Of a stretch of DNA of 33,977 nucleotides, positions 1 through 8,282 are shown in pieces (positions within the stretch are counted from its first letter, which is position 1; every line of letters starts with the position of its first letter). The stretch covers positions 1 through 33,977 of the IMG/VR virus record IMGVR_UViG_3300017778_002626; one strand, 5' to 3'. Below the pieces are notes generated by a model. It had not been told where the DNA came from and ran no database searches. It saw only the letters and a program-made list of their open reading frames with translations. The position numbers and the translations under genes were made by a program. This DNA is from a virus (lineage: Duplodnaviria > Caudoviricetes).

Positions 1-229
1 CTGAATAGCTATCCTGAGCCACGCTTCGTTCTACCAGCACGAAACGATGATCGACTGCTGCAAACCTACGCGCCACTTGACACGCCTCAACGTTTTCTTC
101 TGAGTCGTTGCGGCTCATCAGGACAAAGCACCGCCAGTCGGTCGAGCTGTTCACCTGTATGCAGGCCAACGTGCTTCGCAAACATGTCGGGTTCTTGTAG
201 CTGGCTACTCCAATATCAAGACGCCTCAC
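1..229 (-). CDS. Glycosyltransferase family 2 protein, N-terminal part (runs off the window)
   Basis: Not in the ORF track. Hand translation from GTG at 229 (GTGA overlap with the upstream stop): MRRLDIGVASYKNPTCLRSTLACIQVNSSTDWRCFVL..., open to base 1. Matches the GT2 N-terminal pattern. Confidence 0.65.
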   Translation of the reverse strand, partial: MRRLDIGVASYKNPTCLRSTLACIQVNSSTDWRCFVLMSRNDSEENVEACQVARRFAAVDHRFVLVERSVAQDSYS

Positions 230-669
230 GATTGCACCTTCCAATCTGCCGGGTCTTGCCAGTTCGTAACCGGATGGTCGTCAGGATTCTCTTTCGACCA
301 TGCCGCGTTTGGCATGTTGATTACCAGCGCCTCAGTGTCTCCGTAGTTGTAGAGAGCGCACAAAACACCAGCCTTGACTATCACCGGCTCGTTTCTCGAG
401 TGAATCAACGTCAGGTCCGCGTCTACCGTTTCACCATCGGGAGCGGTCAGCTTACCCGCTCTCTTGGTCACTATCCTGACGTTACCAGATATTACATGGA
501 ATCGGCCCTCGCGCACCATGTGCAAGTGTGGACCCTTGCGAGTCCGTGGGGCAATGGCTGTTACATAGATCTGAGCCGGTGCCAAGTCCGGTTTATCCAG
601 TTCGTTCCACACTGGTAATATCCAGCCGTTCGGATTCCCGTCGCTGTCAAATGTCGGAATCTTAGGCAT
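226..669 (-). CDS. RmlC-like cupin (dTDP-4-dehydrorhamnose 3,5-epimerase or sugar ketoisomerase family)
   Basis: QIYVTAIAPRTRKGPHLH...FHVISGNVRIV...IVKAGVLCALYNYGDTEALVINMP...ENPDD; lies next to an RmlD-like gene. Confidence 0.75.
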   Translation of the reverse strand: MPKIPTFDSDGNPNGWILPVWNELDKPDLAPAQIYVTAIAPRTRKGPHLHMVREGRFHVISGNVRIVTKRAGKLTAPDGETVDADLTLIHSRNEPVIVKAGVLCALYNYGDTEALVINMPNAAWSKENPDDHPVTNWQDPADWKVQS

Positions 670-766
670 CCTTCGCCGCCTTTCTCTCTGCCGCGTCTTT
701 CAGTTTCTTCGCCTGCATCCGGTCCCAGTATCGGTCCATCAGGTCCCCCAGTGTCGTCGGTTTCAT
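662..766 (-). CDS. Small hypothetical protein (34 aa)
   Basis: ATG at 766 overlaps the upstream stop (ATGA); MKPTTLGDLMDRYWDRMQAKK...; its end overlaps the cupin start. Confidence 0.4.
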   Translation of the reverse strand: MKPTTLGDLMDRYWDRMQAKKLKDAAERKAAKDA

Positions 767-834
767 TCTTCGATGTACCCTTTCCACAGCAAATACAAGA
801 TGACCATTCCCACCATTGCCGCTATCAGTTTCAC
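763..834 (-). CDS. Tiny single-TM peptide (23 aa)
   Basis: Hand translation MKLIAAMVGMVILYLLWKGYIEE; GTGA and ATGA overlaps with both neighbours. Confidence 0.45.
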   Translation of the reverse strand: MKLIAAMVGMVILYLLWKGYIEE

Positions 835-2327
835 GCCGGCCGCCGGTACCAATTGCTCGAAATCTGCTTAAACCCAACCGCCGTCAGCAGCGGGTCCCAG
901 TCGTGCTCAAAACGGTCATTGACGGCAAGGTGCATGGGAATGCTGCCGTCCGGACCTGAGCCGCACGCAAAGGCGTTCTGCGCACAGAACAGACCCCCCG
1001 GCTTCAAGGCTGCAAAGATGGCACGCACCCAAGCTTCCACGTTTGGCACGTGCTCCAGAAAGTCGAGAGAGCAGATAGCGTCGTATTCGCCGCCGGTCGG
1101 CATGGTCCATCCGTTGCTGGTGTCTGTCACCAGTTGAGTTCCAGTGTTGCGCCAATGCCGAAACGCTGCGTAATCCGCCGTCCTGCTGACCTCCAGATCG
1201 TGATACACAGCATCGAAGCCTCCCTCGTGCAACGCCAGCGTCAGGTCTCCGATGCCATCTCCAAGCGCCAACACGCAAGAGCATCTAGGCTCAACCTTCA
1301 GCCGCTCTACGATACCTTTGCACATGCCGGTGTAGTTGAAGCCTGGATCCTCGTGATACGCCGAAAGCTCCCAGATGTAAGCTTCAGTGGTCCGGTACCA
1401 GTTCAGCAGCGCGTAGTCGCCCTGCGGATTGGCCTTGCGAAAGTCATCGGCTACGGCGTTGTGCAGAGCGCCAAAGCCCTCGCCTAGCTTCCCCTTTGCT
1501 TGGTCCAGCGTGATTCCAAAAAATAGCGCCAGTTCGATTGCTCTGTCTTCCATTTGTGCCCTCTCTACTATCTGGTGAATCTGGTATAAGCTGCGCAAGT
1601 GCGAACCGTGCAGGAACGTCGTATCTCTGGCGCGTGGTGCCAGCCCATCAAAGTCGTCATGTGAACACGCTGTGACGTCTGCGTTGACCAGCTTGGCAAT
1701 ATCCCAGCGGGTCGTGCGTATTGGTTCGCCAAGTTGCCGGATCTCCCCCGGCTTCGCCATCAGCACCGCGTCCCAGAGAAGTTCCGCCGCGTCCCACGCA
1801 AACAGCGGACTAAAGAACCGGTCACAGACCTGCGGGCTCTGCCCTTCCAGCATGGCTTCGAGCGGATTCTTGCGCCCCACGTGCGGCAGTGGCCTGATGC
1901 CCAGCACAAACGTCAACCGGACCACGATACCGCCGTTTTCTAGCGTCGCCACTTCTGCAGCACGCTTATGCCGGCCATAGATGTTCGGCTGGTCCATGTT
2001 GTTGCCGGGTGACTGGTAGACGGCCTGAGTGCTGACTTGAACGAACTTGCGCCCGTTTGCTGCACACCATAGCGCCAGCATTTCCGGCATTGTAATGTTT
2101 TCGGCTACTGCGTCCCACGGGTTGCGCTCCACAGCATCCACGTTCGAATTGCCCCACAGGTTAACGATCACGTCAGCGTCAAGTGCCGTGATCTGCGAAA
2201 CCTTGCAGTCGCCTGACGTAATTGGGTCGGCCTCACGCCGTACCCAAACAGGCTGCACACAATCCGGAACGCAGAGCCGCATGTGTTGCCCTACAATCCC
2301 TGATGCGCCCAATATCAAGACCTTCAT
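831..2327 (-). CDS. RmlD-like NAD(P)-dependent sugar-nucleotide reductase/epimerase fused to a class I SAM methyltransferase
   Basis: N-terminal GASGIVG Rossmann motif, VST and YGRHK (YxxxK). C-terminal VLALGDGIGD and YDAICSLDFLEHVP...LKPGGLF. Confidence 0.8.
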   Translation of the reverse strand: MKVLILGASGIVGQHMRLCVPDCVQPVWVRREADPITSGDCKVSQITALDADVIVNLWGNSNVDAVERNPWDAVAENITMPEMLALWCAANGRKFVQVSTQAVYQSPGNNMDQPNIYGRHKRAAEVATLENGGIVVRLTFVLGIRPLPHVGRKNPLEAMLEGQSPQVCDRFFSPLFAWDAAELLWDAVLMAKPGEIRQLGEPIRTTRWDIAKLVNADVTACSHDDFDGLAPRARDTTFLHGSHLRSLYQIHQIVERAQMEDRAIELALFFGITLDQAKGKLGEGFGALHNAVADDFRKANPQGDYALLNWYRTTEAYIWELSAYHEDPGFNYTGMCKGIVERLKVEPRCSCVLALGDGIGDLTLALHEGGFDAVYHDLEVSRTADYAAFRHWRNTGTQLVTDTSNGWTMPTGGEYDAICSLDFLEHVPNVEAWVRAIFAALKPGGLFCAQNAFACGSGPDGSIPMHLAVNDRFEHDWDPLLTAVGFKQISSNWYRRPA

Positions 2328-2506
2328 GCCCGCCTCGCTTCGTCATTTAGCCGCCGAAACTCAGCGCGGAAGTGCTCAACCGCAAACGCCAAAGCGTACC
2401 ACCAGTTTGCAATCATGCGGATACTGTACACCAGCCCTGCCCGGTGCACCAGCAACGCCGCCCCCGGTACCGCCATTATCCCCGCCAGCGTTAATGCTTC
2501 GCTCAT
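2324..2506 (-). CDS. Small membrane-associated hypothetical protein (60 aa)
   Basis: Hydrophobic N-terminal half; ATGA overlaps on both sides. Confidence 0.55.
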   Translation of the reverse strand: MSEALTLAGIMAVPGAALLVHRAGLVYSIRMIANWWYALAFAVEHFRAEFRRLNDEARRA

Positions 2507-3222
2507 GCTTCACCTTCCCACAGGTCGCGAAACGGCGAATTGTCGCAGCTGCGTCCCCAATTGTCTGTTCCCCACTTGGCAATGAACCGCTTCAGGTTTG
2601 GCATGAAGTCGCCCCCCGCCTCCGGTCCGCCGCGATAGCTGCTCGTCAGGCTGCCGTGGTCGCAATAGCAGCCATCGTAAATCGCCAGCCTGAGTCCGTG
2701 ATATCGGACGCGCAGGCAGTAATCGTCATCGTCCATGCCGTAATCCACAAACCGCTCGTCGAGCAGTCCCACGGCATCTATCACCCGCCGCGGAATCAGG
2801 ACACACGTAAAGCAAAGTGTTCTGTGCTCGTCCCGCACGGCATCCGCGTTTGCCAGTTCGGATACCAGATTCTGCAGCGGGTTGCCCACGTTGTTGCAGG
2901 CCGACGCGATTACGCCGTATTGCGGTCTGCGCTTCGCTTGGTCCCACATTTTCGTGAACCCGCGTTCCGTCTTCAGCAGCGCGTCATCATTGAGCAGGAT
3001 CACGTCGTCATTTTCGGCTGCGTAGATGCCGAGGTTGATGTTTCGCGCATAGACGAACGGTTTGTGCCCCTGCACCACATCAGCCCCAATGCCGTGGTTA
3101 TAGTTCGGTAGCCCGTCGTCAACTACGATGATTCGGCACATCTCGCCGGCCGCCCTGATAGCCGTGATGCAGGCCGCAAGGTTGGCCGGATTTTTTGAAG
3201 GAATGATAACCGAGAGCCCCAT
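2503..3222 (-). CDS. Glycosyltransferase family 2
   Basis: LSVIIPS, IIVVDDG, YARNINLG, VILLNDD, GLLDERFVDYGMDDDDYCLR. Confidence 0.9.
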   Translation of the reverse strand: MGLSVIIPSKNPANLAACITAIRAAGEMCRIIVVDDGLPNYNHGIGADVVQGHKPFVYARNINLGIYAAENDDVILLNDDALLKTERGFTKMWDQAKRRPQYGVIASACNNVGNPLQNLVSELANADAVRDEHRTLCFTCVLIPRRVIDAVGLLDERFVDYGMDDDDYCLRVRYHGLRLAIYDGCYCDHGSLTSSYRGGPEAGGDFMPNLKRFIAKWGTDNWGRSCDNSPFRDLWEGEA

Positions 3223-3792
3223 CTACTTCACCGCCTCTAGTGTTGCCATGATCTTCCAGACTTTGTCGTAGGTGTCCTGATACTCGCGACGCTCCATGCT
3301 CACAAGGTTGAATTTAGCTGTGATGCCGTAGCCGATCGACAGCCGCCCATGTGCAAACTCTCCACCGATACCGGCCCCGAAGTACTGAAACATGTTCCTC
3401 GTCCATGCTGTTTTGTGCGTCGGATCTTGAATAAACCCGGCACCCTGAAGCGCGTCTGGTACTTCGATTGTGGCCAGTCCTCCAGGCACCAGCACCCGGC
3501 AAAGCTCGTTGAGAAAGTGGATTCTCCCGAGATCGTGACGCAAAAACAAAAGCCTTGTCGGTTCCAATCTAAAACGCATAGCAATGCACTTCGTGCACGC
3601 CCACCCCTGAACGTGCGAGCAGTCTCCAATATGCTCCGCAACGTCATGCGCCCTGACTTCCAAGACGCTGGAATCCAACCACGGCCACGGACCCTCAAGG
3701 TCTACGATCTCGTTTACCTCTGGCCCCGGCGCAATGTCCACGCCGATGAATCCGTCTATCCGACGATCTGCACATCCAAGGTTTAAGCGCAT
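3223..3792 (-). CDS. Class I SAM-dependent methyltransferase (type 11-like)
   Basis: Probable start ATG 3792: MRLNLGC...GFIGVDI...WPWLDSSV...HDVAEHI...ELCRVLVPGG...DPTHK. Confidence 0.85.
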   Translation of the reverse strand: MRLNLGCADRRIDGFIGVDIAPGPEVNEIVDLEGPWPWLDSSVLEVRAHDVAEHIGDCSHVQGWACTKCIAMRFRLEPTRLLFLRHDLGRIHFLNELCRVLVPGGLATIEVPDALQGAGFIQDPTHKTAWTRNMFQYFGAGIGGEFAHGRLSIGYGITAKFNLVSMERREYQDTYDKVWKIMATLEAVK

Positions 3793-3974
3793 TGTACTGG
3801 CATTTCCTCCGCGTGTTGAGCACAACAAAACATGAAACACCGCACCCCGTTGATATTGGCTGTGCTTGCGACTGGCGCATCCTTTTTGATCGCCAACCCA
3901 AAATCTTTTGGCCTCATAATAATCGCCCCTGTGATTTCCACTCCGCAGTGATAGCAATTCGGGTTGCCGTTCAT
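3783..3974 (-). CDS. Small Cys/His-rich (zinc-finger-like) protein, 63 aa
   Basis: ATGA overlap at 3974; CYHC...FCCAQH. Confidence 0.5.
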   Translation of the reverse strand: MNGNPNCYHCGVEITGAIIMRPKDFGLAIKKDAPVASTANINGVRCFMFCCAQHAEEMPVQCA

Positions 3975-4645
3975 CGCTCCATCACCTCTCTGCAAACCTT
4001 GTCCCACTTCGGTACCCGTGACCACTGCCGCTCCGACGCTGGCAGCGCGTTGTGTCGCGACATCTCAGCCGGGTCGTAGCCGCTGCTGCTGTTGCCGCTG
4101 TGAATACGGGCGATCATGGATATTACATCGGCGCTGTAGATTGCCTTGCTCGATGGTTTCCCGCTGCTGACCGCTTCGCACCATACACCCTTCAGCCATT
4201 CCGTATCCTCGCCGTGCTGCATGTCCAGAAACGGTCGCGCCTCCCACGCCTTGCGCCAGTAACACAGGCTGGTGCCGAGCGCGTAACGTGGGTTCTGATT
4301 GCTGTAGAGCCACGATTCTCCCGGTCGCTCCGGTGTCCGTTCACGCCAAAACAGCATCTCGTTGTAGCCCACGCAATTCTCGCCGGTCGCCTGAAGCAAT
4401 GCAACCTGCTCCGCGATTCGGTTCGGATGGCTCCAGTCGTCGTCATCCCAGTGGCACACGATATCGCAATCGGTAAGCAGGGAGTTCGCATAGTTTCGCA
4501 TTGCCCCGATAGTTCGCGCCGGATCTGCCGGCAACGTCAGCAGCCTGAGTCCGCCGGTATAGGTCTGGCTGTCAAAACACTTCACTGCCTCATGCTGGAA
4601 AGCCTCGCGCCCCGGCGACATCAGCATCACGCAGCCGACTTTCAT
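3971..4645 (-). CDS. Glycosyltransferase family 2 (GT-A fold)
   Basis: Probable start ATG 4645 (ATGA overlap); AVKCFDSQTY, TIGAMRN, IVCHWDDDDWSHPNRIAEQV, GEDTEW. Confidence 0.88.
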   Translation of the reverse strand: MKVGCVMLMSPGREAFQHEAVKCFDSQTYTGGLRLLTLPADPARTIGAMRNYANSLLTDCDIVCHWDDDDWSHPNRIAEQVALLQATGENCVGYNEMLFWRERTPERPGESWLYSNQNPRYALGTSLCYWRKAWEARPFLDMQHGEDTEWLKGVWCEAVSSGKPSSKAIYSADVISMIARIHSGNSSSGYDPAEMSRHNALPASERQWSRVPKWDKVCREVMER

Positions 4646-4734
4646 TCGCCACCTACCAAAAACACCATGATCGGCACAAACGCTATTGCCGCGCCGATTA
4701 TTACAGCACCTATAGACAACACAGCTTCCTTCAT
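4642..4734 (-). CDS. Tiny single-TM peptide (30 aa)
   Basis: Hand translation MKEAVLSIGAVIIGAAIAFVPIMVFLVGGE; ATGA overlaps at both ends. Confidence 0.5.
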   Translation of the reverse strand: MKEAVLSIGAVIIGAAIAFVPIMVFLVGGE

Positions 4735-4910
4735 TTCCCCTGCCCTTTGTCATTCATAAACTTGACATGTTGACGCATCAGTTCGGCCTCGCGCCGCGCC
4801 TTCCGCATCTGGCGCATATCCCAGCGCCACATTGCCAGCACCGCAACCACCAGCCCTATGACATACATGACACCCGGCCAAACGCCAATGTTCGCTTTAA
4901 GTGTTTCCAT
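4731..4910 (-). CDS. Small single-TM protein (59 aa)
   Basis: AAGGAG 7 nt before ATG; METLKANIGVWPGVMYVIGLVVAVLAMWRW followed by a basic tail. Confidence 0.55.
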   Translation of the reverse strand: METLKANIGVWPGVMYVIGLVVAVLAMWRWDMRQMRKARREAELMRQHVKFMNDKGQGK

Positions 4911-5043
4911 CGTTTCGCTCCTTTGATGCCTGGTTCAAGATCGCCCTCGCCACCCATGCCTTTAGCAACATTCCGCATTTTGCAGCCAGCATCTTCGCCG
5001 CTTCGTAAACTTCGTCCTCAACTGGGACGTTTATTTGTTTCAT
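4897..5043 (-). CDS. Ribbon-helix-helix (CopG/Arc-like) DNA-binding protein, 48 aa
   Basis: MKQINVPVEDEVYEAAKMLAAKCGMLLKAWVARAI fits the beta-alpha-alpha pattern; GGAG upstream. Confidence 0.6.
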   Translation of the reverse strand: MKQINVPVEDEVYEAAKMLAAKCGMLLKAWVARAILNQASKERNDGNT

Positions 5044-5203
5044 TTCTCTCCGTCCATTTCTTGCACTGGCACAACTCCGCGAAACATTTGCCGTCCCAAT
5101 CGTGTAGCCCGCAACTGTGACCACAGCCGCAATTCTTATCGCACTGGTCAGGCGCTTGCCAATGACGGCAATAGGCTCCGCTGTCGTAATCATCCACAAC
5201 CAA
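5018..5203 (-). CDS. Small Cys-rich hypothetical protein
   Basis: 61-aa ORF with many Cys/His (CRHW, CDKNCGCGHSCGLH, CFAELCQCKKW) filling the gap after TerL. Confidence 0.45.
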   Translation of the reverse strand: MVVDDYDSGAYCRHWQAPDQCDKNCGCGHSCGLHDWDGKCFAELCQCKKWTERNETNKRPS

Positions 5204-5206
5204 TAG

Positions 5207-5234
5207 CTTATAGTACGCTGTAAGCCAATTGCAA
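5207..5234 (-). promoter_or_regulatory. Putative sigma70-type promoter for the sugar-modification cluster
   Basis: TTGCAA-16 nt-TATAAG (or 18 nt to TAAGCT) in the AT-rich gap after the TerL stop. Confidence 0.4.
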
Positions 5235-5239
5235 GAATA

Positions 5240-6691
5240 TTATATCGGTGAAATCTCGTAACCGGGTAGTGAGCGCTCCTGCTGCTGCGGTCTGACGCGC
5301 ATAAACGCCATGATCGTCGCCTCTGCCCGGTCAGGGCTCCCCGGTATGCCGCGCTGGTTGCGTTGATCCTTCGTCTCGATCTCAGTGCGCCCTTGGCTGT
5401 TCTCTCGATATCTAAGCGTCGAAAGTTGCGCCGATGTCTCTTCGTCGACCAAGCCTGATATTGCATCGGCTCTGAGATATTCGCGGAACTGCCAATACGT
5501 TTCCGCTTTCTGATTGACGTACTGCGTGGAATCGATGGCACTAAACCCTGCGTTGAAACCATACACAGGAAACCGCTGGTCCGCCATGTGAAGCGCGAAA
5601 TTGTAGCCGATGCCTGCGATGTCGATTACCACCAGCCCGAGCCGTCCGGCACTTCGGAACCGATGCAGGATATTGGCTACTGGCCCGCGTGGGTCGTTGT
5701 CTGAGAATGCGTGGGTTTCAAGAATCTGCCCGCCACGCCGCGCCACCAACACGGTTTCGTCTGAGCCTGGGCCCGCAACGTCGATACCGATCTGAACCGT
5801 CTCTGTGCTGTTCTGCTGTATCTCCAGATCCGTCGGCACCCTGTTCGCCCGTTCGATCCACGCCAACGGGTAGACGCTGTACGGGTCGTTGCCGGGGAAC
5901 TTGCCGAGCACGCGGCTCAAGTACTTCGGATGCTTCGGACCCCATACCTTGTGCCGTTCCCGAATCCACGCCCGCGTTATCAGGCCCGGATCTGCTACAC
6001 GCGCCAGTCGTGTCTCGTTCAGGCCCAGCAGCTCTTCTTCAGTCAGCGGCAGCCCAGTGAGTTCGTTCAGCAGGTTCGGCGTGTCAAAACCGCTGATGCT
6101 GATGCAGTTGTAGATTGCCCGATCTTTCGTGTGCGAGTCGTAGAAGTGGCCCGACGGCACAACCGGGTTGCCGAGCTCCAGAACGTGGACGTTACCGCCC
6201 GAGCGTATGCCTTCGATTGCGTCCCAGATCTCCGAACCGATACCTGGAGCCTCGTCGCAGATGATTAATACATGTTCACCGTGCAGTCCTTGAATGTTGA
6301 CGCCGGCCGATGAGCTGGCCCCGTAAGCGTAGCGGTCTGGCGCGACGTTGAGTCCGAGCGTCGACGGCATGGGCAGCAATTGCTTCACCGGCCCCGCGTC
6401 CCACGCTACCCGCACGTCCTTGTAAAACGTCTTAACCTGCCGTTCCGTTGGAGCCGTCACGAAGACTTTAGAGTTGCGCCGGTACCGTACCAGCCACCAC
6501 AGCGGAAGTCCGGACGCCGCAAACGTCTTGCCCGAGGCGTGACACCCCTTGACCGTTGTCAGCGGTCTGGTGATCGTGGAATGCAGGATCTCGCGCTGCT
6601 TCGCCCACAGCTTGCGTCTGAGTTGCGTCCGCTGGAACTCTACCGGGTCAAGAAGGAATCGCGCTCTATTCTCCGCTGTTGATTTCGGCAT
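5240..6691 (-). CDS. terL: Terminase large subunit
   Basis: Walker A VKGCHASGKT, Walker B LIICDEAPG, LELGNP, nuclease IGIDVAGPGSDETV and SPDRAEA. Start is ATG 6691 or TTG 6703. Confidence 0.93.
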   Translation of the reverse strand: MPKSTAENRARFLLDPVEFQRTQLRRKLWAKQREILHSTITRPLTTVKGCHASGKTFAASGLPLWWLVRYRRNSKVFVTAPTERQVKTFYKDVRVAWDAGPVKQLLPMPSTLGLNVAPDRYAYGASSSAGVNIQGLHGEHVLIICDEAPGIGSEIWDAIEGIRSGGNVHVLELGNPVVPSGHFYDSHTKDRAIYNCISISGFDTPNLLNELTGLPLTEEELLGLNETRLARVADPGLITRAWIRERHKVWGPKHPKYLSRVLGKFPGNDPYSVYPLAWIERANRVPTDLEIQQNSTETVQIGIDVAGPGSDETVLVARRGGQILETHAFSDNDPRGPVANILHRFRSAGRLGLVVIDIAGIGYNFALHMADQRFPVYGFNAGFSAIDSTQYVNQKAETYWQFREYLRADAISGLVDEETSAQLSTLRYRENSQGRTEIETKDQRNQRGIPGSPDRAEATIMAFMRVRPQQQERSLPGYEISPI

Positions 6692-7043
6692 CAGCTTCCG
6701 CAATCAGCCTGTCTGCGTCAGAAAGAAGGAATGGACGGTCTTTGCCGGATTCGTCAACAAAGCGATGATCGTTTGCCGGTTCCTTCCAGCGCCGCCTGAC
6801 CTTCATCCAGAACGCAGTCATGCCCGGATGTTCGCCCGACGTGGCCATCTGGAACATGGTCTGCGATACTTTCGCGTCAGCCTGGATCATCGCTTTGTCC
6901 AGCGTGTCGCGGAAGTGCTTGCGCAGCGTCTTTTCGTCAATATCGAGGATTGTGCATATCTCTGCGTGAGGGAAGCCGCAGGCCGCCATAGTCTGCACGG
7001 TACGGGTGTCTTGGTCGGTTGGTTGGTAGGAAGGTCTGGCCAT
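6666..7043 (-). CDS. terS: Terminase small subunit (HTH)
   Basis: MAACGFPHAEICTILDIDEKTLRKHF HTH, TAFWMKVRRRWKE, directly upstream of TerL. Confidence 0.75.
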   Translation of the reverse strand: MARPSYQPTDQDTRTVQTMAACGFPHAEICTILDIDEKTLRKHFRDTLDKAMIQADAKVSQTMFQMATSGEHPGMTAFWMKVRRRWKEPANDHRFVDESGKDRPFLLSDADRLIAEADAEINSGE

Positions 7044-7049
7044 TTCGTT

Positions 7050-8282
7050 TTATGTACGGGAAAAACCCGGCTCCAGTGTTGCTTTCTTGCCGGTCAGTTT
7101 CTCCCATCTGGAAACAATCACGTCACAGTATCCGGGGTCAAGTTCAAGACCGTAGCAGACACGTTCGGTCAGTTCAGCAGCTACCAGCGTGGTGCCGGAG
7201 CCGAGGAACGGGTCGTATACCTTGTCGCCAGCTTGGGTGTGGTGCAGGATAGGACGGCGCATACACTCCACAGGCTTCTGGGTGCTGTGCCCGGTCTCGG
7301 ACTTCATTGGCTTGTCGATCTGCCAGAGCGTGGTTTGCTTTCGGTCGGAGAGCCAGTTTGCTTTAGCCGATTTACGGACAGCGTACCAACATGGCTCATG
7401 CTGGCAGTGGTAGTGTCCTCGCCCGATGACCATGCAGGACTTGGCCCAGATAATTGTGGCCCGTATATCGAAACCGGATTCCTGCAATGCCACTCCGTGC
7501 CGAATCGTATCGCCACCGGGAGGACTCCAGCAATATGCCACGTCGCCGGGAAATAAGGCCCACGCCTCCCGCCAGTCTGCGCGGTCGTCGTTTGTAACCT
7601 TGCCGGTCGCCGTGGAGTCTCGATGATTTCCAAGATCATTCACGCGCCAACTGGCGTCGTAGTTCACCCCATACGGAGGGTCGGTCACCATCAGGAACGG
7701 CTTCCGTTCGCCCAGCAACCGCTCCACGTCCGTCGCACTGGTGGAGTCGCCGCACAGCAGCCGGTGCGGTCCCAGCAGGTACAGGTCACCCGGTTTCGTG
7801 ACCGGATCAGCCGGTACCGGAGGAGCGTCGTCTTCCGCAGCGTTCGCCTCCAGCGTGAGCGCGTCAATTTCGCGGGAGTTGAACCCGGTCATTGTCAGGT
7901 CAAAGTCGAGCGCCTTCAGGTCGCCAAACTCTAGAGCCAGCGCGTCCATGTCCCAGTCCGCCCACGCGACCGACCGATTGACCATCAGCCGGAACGCCTG
8001 CACCTGCGCCTCTGTCCAGGTATCGCACGGGATAACCGGAACCTCTGCGAGCTTCATCTGAACCGCAGCCTTCAGCCTCAGGTGGCCGTCGATCACCATC
8101 CCGTCAGATTTTGCCAGAACCGGGATTGTGAACCCGTATTCTTTGATCGACGCCATCATTTGCGGGATAGCTTTGTCGTTGCGCCGTGGATTGCGCTCGT
8201 ATGGCTGCAGCCGATCTATTGGCCAGTACTCAATTTTCAGCGCCGGGTGCTGCTCCGCTGTGATGTCTACGCCCTTCTTCAT
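7050..8282 (-). CDS. ParB/Srx N-terminal domain fused to an N6-adenine/N4-cytosine DNA methyltransferase
   Basis: Start ATG 8282 (ATGA overlap). PYERNPR, IDGHLRLKAA; HRLLCGDST, VTDPPY, HSTQKPVE, YDPFLGSGTT. Confidence 0.92.
   Translation of the reverse strand: MKKGVDITAEQHPALKIEYWPIDRLQPYERNPRRNDKAIPQMMASIKEYGFTIPVLAKSDGMVIDGHLRLKAAVQMKLAEVPVIPCDTWTEAQVQAFRLMVNRSVAWADWDMDALALEFGDLKALDFDLTMTGFNSREIDALTLEANAAEDDAPPVPADPVTKPGDLYLLGPHRLLCGDSTSATDVERLLGERKPFLMVTDPPYGVNYDASWRVNDLGNHRDSTATGKVTNDDRADWREAWALFPGDVAYCWSPPGGDTIRHGVALQESGFDIRATIIWAKSCMVIGRGHYHCQHEPCWYAVRKSAKANWLSDRKQTTLWQIDKPMKSETGHSTQKPVECMRRPILHHTQAGDKVYDPFLGSGTTLVAAELTERVCYGLELDPGYCDVIVSRWEKLTGKKATLEPGFSRT

Noticed and set aside
226-669. 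Cupin as the missing TET/JBP dioxygenase
   Set aside because: Short RmlC-type HxH pattern next to an RmlD-like gene; lacks the HxD...H...R signature of 2OG-Fe(II) enzymes.
2047-3111. Long plus-strand ORFs (also 4052-4759, 6549-7556, 14712-15371) and minus-strand 10932-11846
   Set aside because: Antisense shadows of well-supported genes in GC-rich DNA; no motifs.
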